A program made the translations under genes and the position numbers. From the NCBI GenBank assembly GCA_023247085.1, contig JAHFHC010000003.1, forward strand, positions 3,407 through 67,406: a stretch of 64,000 nucleotides of DNA, read 5' to 3'. Origin of the DNA: Candidatus Micrarchaeota archaeon. Lineage in GTDB: Archaea; Micrarchaeota; Micrarchaeia; Norongarragalinales; UBA8480. Numbering within the stretch: position 1 is the first letter of the stretch; each line of letters starts with the position of its first letter. Under the pieces are notes generated by a model, which did no database searches, was not told where the DNA came from, and saw only the letters and a program-made list of their open reading frames with translations. Positions 57,142 through 64,000 of the stretch are shown one piece after another.

Positions 57142-57378
57142 CAGCTGATCACTTTTTGTTTTACATCGATTTTATATTTTTTTTGCATTTATTTTTGCAT
57201 CTTTCTTTTTTTGTTTTTCTTCTTTTATTTATTTTTTTAATTTTTTCAATTTTTGTTTTTCATTTGTGTTTGAGTATATTATCTTCTACCGACACAACTA
57301 TATAAATGTATTCACTATGGGGGAGTAACAAAACATAAGGTTTAAATACAAGTTATCACCAACTTGTAGTGACACATT

Positions 57379-58851
57379 ATGAAATTGTTTGGATTTTTGG
57401 CAGCGCTTGTCGTATTGACTAGCTTCGTGGCTGGCCAGACGTTGTTCTCAGCGTCTAACCATGTTGACGTAACTAGCAATAGGGATGGGCAACTCACACT
57501 CTGGTTCACACCAAGTGAATCGGGCAACTATGCTGTAAACACTGAAGGAAACATTGCAACACGCGTTACTCCTTCGTTTGGAACCATGGACGCAGGCGCT
57601 GTCAAATCTTTTACAGTTATCTTTTTACCACAATTATGTTCAAAAGGGCTATTTTACACAACTATTAATCTTGATACTGTCACCGCTGCAGGTATAAGCC
57701 AACGAACTTCAAAAACAATTGAAGTAAACGTGCTGCAGTCCACTGATTGCTCGCCAGTTGTTCAAAACAGTTTGCCACAAGATGTTTTAAGCCAAGCCAA
57801 TGCTTTTGGTAGCACTTTATCGCTTTCAAGTCAATTTGATGCAAGTGATGTCAATGTCTTAATTTATGCTCCGGAAGGTCAAACCGACATTGCAAATGGT
57901 GAAACCCGCCAAATAAACTTGGATATTGTAAACCGTGGCGCTACTGGAGAATTTCTTTTATCTGCAATTGGGGACGTCAAGCTAAACCCAATTCTTAATG
58001 ATTATGCATTTGTATTGCAAAGAGGGGAATCTAAGGGGGTTACGCTAACTGTTTCTCCGCGCGACTTGCAAGGAACTCAATGGGTTTCAATTCAAGTAAC
58101 TAGGAGTGGACAAGTAGCTGCTGTTAAAGATATTTTCTTTGAAGTTAGCAAGACACATTTTGTTGAACTTGTAATGCCTCAAGTTGTAAACACAAAGAAC
58201 TGCGGCATTGTCACAATTGCTGGAAGGATTAAAAATCCTGGAAGCGCAGTTGAAACCCTAACTGTTTCAATCCCATCTTTGTTTGTATCTTCAAACGCAT
58301 TGACACTTGCTCCTCGTTCAGAGCAAAACTTCGTGCTTAATTTGGACTTGTCAAGCTTATCAGCACAAAATAGGATAATCGATATTGTTGCGGCAAACCA
58401 ATATGTTTCTTCAAAGCAACCGGTGCAGTTCAATATTGGACAATGTGATTCAACTGGAGCAGTTTCGTATGTGGTTCAAGTTGATAACCCTTCAAACCAA
58501 ACCCTTGTTGGGGTTTATGCAACTGTTATAGATGTTCCAAACAACTGGAAGGTTTCAACGCCTATGCCAATTGACATTCCTACAAATTCTTCAAAGAATT
58601 TGACTGCTTCAATTCAACCAGTGGGGAGTGTAACGAGTGAAATTACGCCGACTCTTTTAGTTCGCGATGCAAATGGTAATGTGCTAAAAACACAAACGTT
58701 ATCGCCAGTTAAACCAAGTTCAACAACTGGGTTATTCTTAGCCGGCTTGCTGAACTTAAGTGGATTAGAATGGATTGGTGCAATTGTTTTCGTTGCATTG
58801 ATAATTGCGATATTCTCAGCAAAAGCAACGCTGCGAAGAAGCACTGCTTAA
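57379..58851 (+). CDS. Secreted cell-surface protein with signal peptide and C-terminal TM anchor
   Basis: Signal peptide MKLFGFLAALVVLTSFVAG. Ser/Thr/Val/Asn-rich beta-type repeats. C-terminal WIGAIVFVALIIAIFSAKATLRRSTA. Confidence 0.4.
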   Translation: MKLFGFLAALVVLTSFVAGQTLFSASNHVDVTSNRDGQLTLWFTPSESGNYAVNTEGNIATRVTPSFGTMDAGAVKSFTVIFLPQLCSKGLFYTTINLDTVTAAGISQRTSKTIEVNVLQSTDCSPVVQNSLPQDVLSQANAFGSTLSLSSQFDASDVNVLIYAPEGQTDIANGETRQINLDIVNRGATGEFLLSAIGDVKLNPILNDYAFVLQRGESKGVTLTVSPRDLQGTQWVSIQVTRSGQVAAVKDIFFEVSKTHFVELVMPQVVNTKNCGIVTIAGRIKNPGSAVETLTVSIPSLFVSSNALTLAPRSEQNFVLNLDLSSLSAQNRIIDIVAANQYVSSKQPVQFNIGQCDSTGAVSYVVQVDNPSNQTLVGVYATVIDVPNNWKVSTPMPIDIPTNSSKNLTASIQPVGSVTSEITPTLLVRDANGNVLKTQTLSPVKPSSTTGLFLAGLLNLSGLEWIGAIVFVALIIAIFSAKATLRRSTA

Positions 58852-58859
58852 TCCTATTT

Positions 58860-59438
58860 CTAGACTTTTTGATATTTTAACTTTAATTTTTTGCTTAATT
58901 CTGACGTTGTTTTCCAGTGTTCTAAATCATAGATTCCCAAGTACGCGCGGGTTATTGGCCTGCTTTGAAAGTCCACTGGCTCTATTCCATTTGCTCTCAA
59001 AATGCGGTAAATATAATCTACTTCTCCCGGCTTGCGGTTAAAGTATAGTTTGGCTCTTCGTTTTCCATAGGGGAATCTAATTTGCCGGTAAAAAACAACG
59101 TGGTCTCCGTCTTTGTGCAGGTGAGCGGCAACTGGCTCTTCAACAACAACGTTCGGCATTTTCAATCCTATTACAAAGCGAGCTAGCCGCGCTTCAGATA
59201 AAGGGGTTAATCTTGTTAATTGGCGGTTATCTCTAGCGCGTGTTTTTGCCATTAGTAACAATGGATAGCTCGCGATAGTGCGCGGTTGTTTTTTAACTTC
59301 AACTATTGTGACGCGTTCGCGAATGTTTTTTACAATTTTTAAATTGTCGGGGTGGAAGTGTTCTGGAGTAAACTCATTGCCGGGAAAGACAACTATTCTC
59401 GACCCGTTTGGTAAACGTTTAGCTGCTAGTTTTTTCAT
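58860..59438 (-). CDS. Hypothetical basic protein
   Basis: 192-aa ORF, Arg/Lys-rich, no motif recognised. Stop/start spacing to the next gene is tight. Confidence 0.25.
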   Translation of the reverse strand: MKKLAAKRLPNGSRIVVFPGNEFTPEHFHPDNLKIVKNIRERVTIVEVKKQPRTIASYPLLLMAKTRARDNRQLTRLTPLSEARLARFVIGLKMPNVVVEEPVAAHLHKDGDHVVFYRQIRFPYGKRRAKLYFNRKPGEVDYIYRILRANGIEPVDFQSRPITRAYLGIYDLEHWKTTSELSKKLKLKYQKV

Positions 59439-59446
59439 TTAAATTT

Positions 59447-59926
59447 TTACCAGTTAAAACTTTTTTCAATTGCTTTTTCTAACAATATTTTCAACACCAT
59501 TGCTTCATCTTCGCTTATTGGAATAGCTATTGACACAACTTGCCCTTTTTGATCTTGCGTTGACAGCTTAAAATAATACCCTGTTGCCATTTTTGAAAAG
59601 CTTACGGTTGAGTTCCGCGTATCTGCAGAAATAGCGTATCCCCCTTTTGACGGGTCGTGAAACAGTTCTGCGTTGGCAGCTTTGCCGCTTAATACAATTA
59701 GCAGTTTAGCCATGTCAACTATTGCCATTTTGAAAGTTAGTTTATCCGACCACCCGAATGCTTGTGGTCCAGTTTGCTTTGCTGCTTCAACAAAAACACT
59801 TTTCTTTTCTGCATTAAAGTCAAATTGAACTGCTGAACCTGTGCCGGTTTTGTTCGGCTTGTAAACTTTAAATTTGTTTTCGAATTTATTTTCAAATTTA
59901 CTTTCGCTTTTAGCTACATTGTCCAT
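59447..59926 (-). CDS. Hypothetical protein with possible Whirly/PC4-like ssDNA-binding fold
   Basis: KVYKPNKTGTGSAVQFDFNAEKKSVFVEAAKQTGPQAFGWSDKLTFKMAIVDMAKLL is reminiscent of the Whirly KGKAAL...F...W..K..F.L motif pattern. Confidence 0.25.
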   Translation of the reverse strand: MDNVAKSESKFENKFENKFKVYKPNKTGTGSAVQFDFNAEKKSVFVEAAKQTGPQAFGWSDKLTFKMAIVDMAKLLIVLSGKAANAELFHDPSKGGYAISADTRNSTVSFSKMATGYYFKLSTQDQKGQVVSIAIPISEDEAMVLKILLEKAIEKSFNW

Positions 59927-61268
59927 TTTGCATCACCAGGTTAATTGCGGTTGTAATTATTTGTTTTGCGTATTCTTTTGGAAAACGACTTGAAGACGCC
60001 ACGTCGTGGCCACCGCCTGTAAAACCGCTTTTGCCGTACGTTTCTTTCAAAGCTTTAATTACGAAATGAGCAGAGAAGCCAAGGTCAGCGGCACTGCGAT
60101 TTGCACGAAATGACAAGCTATCTCCAGTATAAACTAGGCTGGCTGTTGGGCCCTTTTCAGCGAAGTGGAATTGAAGTGCGTTGTGCAACTTGCTTATAGA
60201 CGGGTAGCTATTCTTTTTTGCAATGCCAGTTACATCGCAAGTTACTAGTGTATATTTGCCAGTGTATGTTTTTGCTTTGTGAATTGCCTTTTCTAATGCG
60301 CGTTGAGTTTTTAGCTTCTCTTCACGGTATAATTCACCAACTAAATGTTTGTCGCTAAGCGTCTTGTCGTAGAATTCCAGCGAATACGGGTCAATTGAAC
60401 TTACTGCTAAGTAATCTATGACAACTCCTTCTGGGAAAAATGTACTTTCACGAAATGAACTGGTGTCGGTTTGCATTGAATACCTGCAAAAGCGCAGAAA
60501 TTCTGGCTCTAATTCTGGGCAAATACGCCTAGCGATTTCAAATGCAAGTAAGCCAGTGTTGTAACTAGATGGTTCAATTGGGTTTTTCAATTGAAATGGG
60601 GAGACGAAATGGTCAATGCATGGCTCAATTGCTGGAGGGTGATGGTCAACTACCATTATCTCAAAGTTTTTTGCTGACCGACACAAGTTTTCCTTGCTTT
60701 CTTGGTTTGCTCCATGATCCAACAATACTAGGAGGCTGCCTTCTGCTAATCCCTTGTCTTCTTCACAATCTTTTTCACTGTAAACTGCACTATACGATTC
60801 TTGTGTGCGAAGCAAAAGCGGGACTTTCTTGTCTTTAGCAAATTTTTCAAGGCATTTTTTCAAAATAATGCCAGAGGAGATGCCATCGCCGTCTCCATCG
60901 TAGCGGATCTTAATTGTGCGCAGCTCCAACACTGCTTTTGTAAGCGTAACTGCCGCGTCGTTAAATAGTTCTTTCATCTCAATTAACAACGGTGCCTTGA
61001 CGACTTCCTTAACTGTAGCTGGTTGAAAAAATAGGAATTGTTTTACTGATGCTTCGAGTTTCTTGTCAGTTTTTTGTTCTGCGGCTTCAACTCTAAAAGT
61101 GTAGTTAGTATATTTGCCAATTAATTCGTATATTTTTTCTGGCTTTAACTCGCATTCGCTTTTTATAACTATAAATTCTTGGCCATTGCAGCCATAGTAC
61201 TTTTCAGGGTCAAAAACGTCTTTTTTAACTATATATAGGGTGGTTTTCATGGGGGCGTATAGCACCAA
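59910..61268 (-). CDS. DHH-family phosphoesterase (second RecJ-like paralogue) with N-terminal OB-like domain
   Basis: KIRYDGDGDGISSGIIL, LLVLLDHGAN and EIMVVDHHPP are the DHH motifs. DHHA1-like GGGH lies near the C-terminus. Confidence 0.5.
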   Translation of the reverse strand: MVLYAPMKTTLYIVKKDVFDPEKYYGCNGQEFIVIKSECELKPEKIYELIGKYTNYTFRVEAAEQKTDKKLEASVKQFLFFQPATVKEVVKAPLLIEMKELFNDAAVTLTKAVLELRTIKIRYDGDGDGISSGIILKKCLEKFAKDKKVPLLLRTQESYSAVYSEKDCEEDKGLAEGSLLVLLDHGANQESKENLCRSAKNFEIMVVDHHPPAIEPCIDHFVSPFQLKNPIEPSSYNTGLLAFEIARRICPELEPEFLRFCRYSMQTDTSSFRESTFFPEGVVIDYLAVSSIDPYSLEFYDKTLSDKHLVGELYREEKLKTQRALEKAIHKAKTYTGKYTLVTCDVTGIAKKNSYPSISKLHNALQFHFAEKGPTASLVYTGDSLSFRANRSAADLGFSAHFVIKALKETYGKSGFTGGGHDVASSSRFPKEYAKQIITTAINLVMQNGQCS

Positions 61269-61332
61269 CGCGGTTTATAAATTTTGAAGTAACTGTTAAT
61301 TATCAATTATTTTAGCGAGGTTTTACTATTAA

Positions 61333-61590
61333 ATGGATGCAATTATTGAAAACTACAGGCGAGGACGACACACTGAATACGGCGACCAGTTTATAGTTGT
61401 CGTTGACGCATGCGAATCAAGCGAAAAGGCAAAAGCTTTTGTAGGTAAATCAGTTTCTTGGAAAACTCCTTCTGGCAAGGAAATCAAAGGCAAAGTAGCT
61501 TCTACTCATGGCAACAGCGGTAAACTCCGTGTTGTAATGGAAAAAGGGTTACCTGGCCAAGCAGTTGGTACCAAAATTGAAATCGCTTAA
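61333..61590 (+). CDS. rpl35ae: 50S ribosomal protein L35Ae
   Basis: YRRGRHTEYGDQFIVVVD...FVGKSVSWKTPSGKEIKGKVASTHGNSGKLRVVMEKGLPGQAVG. Confidence 0.7.
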   Translation: MDAIIENYRRGRHTEYGDQFIVVVDACESSEKAKAFVGKSVSWKTPSGKEIKGKVASTHGNSGKLRVVMEKGLPGQAVGTKIEIA

Positions 61591-61602
61591 AAATATTCGA
61601 GC

Positions 61603-62757
61603 TTGCTTTTGAATATGGCTAAGCTACAGACAACGAAAATAACTGAAGGCGACTCCTGTTTTTCGGTTCCAAAACAAAGCTTTTCAGACCCACACCACTG
61701 TCCAGTTTTTTACAACCCAGAAATGCAGTTCAACCGCGATTTATCTACCATATTTCTAAAAACTTGTATTGAACACTGCAAAATAACAAAACCGCGATTA
61801 TTCGATGGCTATACTGGCACCGGAATACGCGGGATCCGCTACTTAAAAGAAAGCGACATTGACACTGCCGTATTATGCGATGCTGGCGATGCTTCTATAC
61901 CTTTTATTAAAAAAAATATTCTCCTTAACAAAGTTTCAAAACGCGCCGCTGTCATGCACATGGACGTAAACCAAGCGCTTTCTACTTCGCCATTATTTGA
62001 TGTAATTGAAATGGATCCATTTGGTTCACCAATTCAAAACATAGACTCAGCTTTTCGCCGTGGCAAAAAGAAATTCATCTTATCACTTACTTTTACTGAC
62101 CTAGCAAATTTATGCGGTGGCCACAAGGACGCGTGCAAGCGTTTTTATAATGCACAATCAATTAACTGTGCTTTTTGTCATGAGTTAGCAATGCGCATAA
62201 TCATTGGCCACGTTGCCAATATCGCAAGTTTACACGAATTTGGCGTCACTCCCTTAGTTTCATGGTATCAAGGGCACTATGTTAAAACGTTTTTATTATG
62301 CGAAAGCGGTGCACTAAAAGCAGATGCAAATTTTGACAAACTCGGCTACGCTTGGCTATGCAAAAAATGTGGCAACAGAGGAACAAGTGTCGAGATGCTA
62401 AGCAAATGCGATTGTGGAGAAAAATTGAATGTTGCAGGCCCACTTTGGCTGGACAAATTTTCAAGCAAAGAAGTGCTAAAAAAAGCTGCTGTTAATCTGG
62501 CCGAACAAAAGTTTTATGCAGAGGCACAGCAAGCTAAACTAGTCAAATTTATGGGTTTACTATTTGAAGAAAGTGAAGCCCCTTTGTTCTATTCCCTTTC
62601 TGAACTTTGCTCGCAAGCTAAACTTCACGTCCCTAAACTAGTTGACTTCATGAATAAACTACAGTCAAACGGTTTTGAAGTAACTGCAACTCACTTTGCG
62701 CCTGGTTGCTTCAAAACCAATGCGACAATTAAAAACATTCTCGCACTATTGAAATAG
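61603..62757 (+). CDS. trm1: tRNA (guanine26-N2)-dimethyltransferase Trm1
   Basis: FYNPEMQFNRDLSTIFL is the Trm1 signature. SAM-MTase core and a C-terminal Cys cluster CKKCGN...CDCG. Confidence 0.7.
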   Translation: MLLNMAKLQTTKITEGDSCFSVPKQSFSDPHHCPVFYNPEMQFNRDLSTIFLKTCIEHCKITKPRLFDGYTGTGIRGIRYLKESDIDTAVLCDAGDASIPFIKKNILLNKVSKRAAVMHMDVNQALSTSPLFDVIEMDPFGSPIQNIDSAFRRGKKKFILSLTFTDLANLCGGHKDACKRFYNAQSINCAFCHELAMRIIIGHVANIASLHEFGVTPLVSWYQGHYVKTFLLCESGALKADANFDKLGYAWLCKKCGNRGTSVEMLSKCDCGEKLNVAGPLWLDKFSSKEVLKKAAVNLAEQKFYAEAQQAKLVKFMGLLFEESEAPLFYSLSELCSQAKLHVPKLVDFMNKLQSNGFEVTATHFAPGCFKTNATIKNILALLK

Positions 62758-62764
62758 ATAGCCT

Positions 62765-63517
62765 ATGCTTCACGAACTAAGGAGAAAATTGCGACCAGTT
62801 TATGGACATTACGCTGATGCAGTCATTTCTCTTATTGGAAATGAGCCCGTACCTTCGGTGCTTAACTCAGCTAAACGTGGGGATTTAAGTGAGGCGCATG
62901 CTAACCAAATCGCAGCTCATCGTGTTGATGATCCTGAACGCGAGCCATTTACTGGCTGGTATGAACACCCTGCTGCAGTTCCTGTTCCTTCGTGGTTTTC
63001 AAAACCGCTAAAACCAATTCCACCTAAGTTACCTAAACTAGAAGTGCGCGTTGATTTGCGTCATTTGCCTGGAAGTGAACCGACTGAGAGCCTAGTTAGA
63101 TTTTTTGGTTTGTTAAAAGATAGTAAACTTCTCGCCGGAAGTGCTAGTTTTAGGCTTCATACAATTGGCGGACAACAAGTTATGCTTGTAGATTTTCTTG
63201 AACAACATACGAAGCAAGTGCGCACGAAATTATCTCGTCAGCTTGAAGGTTGGAAAAACGCAGCTATGTTGCATCTAGAAGAAATAGCTAGGAAGCAAGG
63301 ATGTTCGTCTGTGTTATTTAGTACTGGTAAGACGCATTCAGAGTCTAATAATACAGCGCACCCAATTCACGTTGAGTTACTTGAAACGTACGGCAGGCTG
63401 CCAATGCAACATGGTTATAAATTGCGAATAATGCAAGGAAGCCGCGCTTCAGCGGATTTACCTTTTGTGCCTAAGACAAGGGAATTATGGTGGGTAAAAG
63501 CAATAAAAAAAACTTAG
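62765..63517 (+). CDS. Hypothetical protein, possible GNAT-like C-terminal half
   Basis: LHLEEIARKQGCSSVLFST resembles GNAT motif A. GC-richer than flanks. Confidence 0.25.
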   Translation: MLHELRRKLRPVYGHYADAVISLIGNEPVPSVLNSAKRGDLSEAHANQIAAHRVDDPEREPFTGWYEHPAAVPVPSWFSKPLKPIPPKLPKLEVRVDLRHLPGSEPTESLVRFFGLLKDSKLLAGSASFRLHTIGGQQVMLVDFLEQHTKQVRTKLSRQLEGWKNAAMLHLEEIARKQGCSSVLFSTGKTHSESNNTAHPIHVELLETYGRLPMQHGYKLRIMQGSRASADLPFVPKTRELWWVKAIKKT

Positions 63518-63666
63518 TTCTTTGTTGCTTCTTTTTCTAAGATTTTGTTGCAATTTCTTTTACGTAGTAGAAAGCTTAACGCTAGGTGGAAATAAAAAAC
63601 GAAACAAAAAAGAAAAATAAAAAGAAAGTAAAAAAAGTTGAAAAGAAGCGAACTACGTTTTTGTAT

Positions 63667-64000
63667 CTAGATGCTTACTTTTAACCCAAGTGCTTTCTTT
63701 AGCTCGCGGTATCGATTGCGTATTGTAACTTCAGTTACGCCAGCTACATCTGCAACTTCTTTTTGTGTCCTGCGTTCACCAGTCATTACACTTGCAATGT
63801 AAACTGTTGCAGCTGCGACTCCCATTGGGCCACGTCCGCTGATTAAACCGCGTTTTAATGCCTCGTCTAGGATTTCAATTGCTTTTGTCTGCGTGTCTCC
63901 ACTTAATTTAAGTGCAGTGACGAAACGGTTGATGTAAAAACGCGGGTTCGTTAATGGTACCTTGAGTTCCAATTCTTGTGTAATCAAACGGTATGTGCGG
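63667..64000 (-). CDS. tfb: Transcription initiation factor TFB (TFIIB homologue), C-terminal cyclin repeat only; 5' end beyond window
   Basis: [81 protein letters not shown] is the last TFIIB cyclin-fold repeat. The ORF stays open to the window edge. Confidence 0.65.
   Translation of the reverse strand, partial: RTYRLITQELELKVPLTNPRFYINRFVTALKLSGDTQTKAIEILDEALKRGLISGRGPMGVAAATVYIASVMTGERRTQKEVADVAGVTEVTIRNRYRELKKALGLKVSI

Noticed and set aside
1-64000. CRISPR arrays, cas genes, transposases and integrases.
   Set aside because: No regularly spaced direct repeats and no recognisable transposase or integrase ORF were seen. The only exact repeat (45634-45780) is a 2-copy in-frame duplication, not a CRISPR.

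Overview
This 64 kb window reads as an archaeal chromosome segment of roughly 40% GC, judged by eye. It carries archaeal histones, TFB, TFE, RNA polymerase subunits and r-proteins, together with eukaryote-like signature proteins. It is densely coded. Housekeeping genes I can support are: pyrG, apgM, eno, dcd, GGPP synthase, GluRS, ValRS, aconitase, Trm1, Trm5/Taw2, L-asparaginase, a beta-CASP RNase, DnaG, Hjc, Hef/XPF, ScpB and two DHH/RecJ-like proteins. Ribosomal proteins are S2, L7Ae, S28e, L24e, S15, S3Ae, L35Ae and L21e, and there is a 5S rRNA. Transcription factors are two HMf-type histones, TBP, TFE, TFB (partial), RpoK and RpoF.

The most striking feature is a compact eukaryote-like ubiquitin-type modifier cluster at 14.3-20.1 kb. 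It has a Ub-like beta-grasp protein ending in Gly-Gly, a UBC-fold E2, a ThiF/UBA-type E1, a JAMM/MPN+ (Rpn11-like) isopeptidase and a C4HC3 RING/PHD-type zinc-finger protein. Interleaved with these are an atypical-kinase-like ORF and an uncharacterised ORF built from two copies of a His/Cys motif.

Other unusual items are listed here:
- a tRNA-Lys(CUU) that only folds into a cloverleaf after removal of two introns, one in the D-loop and one in the T-loop, plus a second candidate interrupted tRNA
- a TBP gene encoding a single TBP repeat (half-size TBP)
- Hef split into adjacent helicase and XPF-nuclease ORFs
- a tandem array of six small tail-anchored membrane proteins next to Hjc
- a perfect 68-nt tandem duplication inside an ORF
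- an S28e with a long disordered N-terminal extension, and a KDG-rich insert in ValRS
- a compositionally deviant (GC-richer, Arg/His/Ala-rich) ORF

I found no CRISPR array and no transposase or integrase gene. All calls rest on reading the sequence and recalling family motifs. No database search was run.
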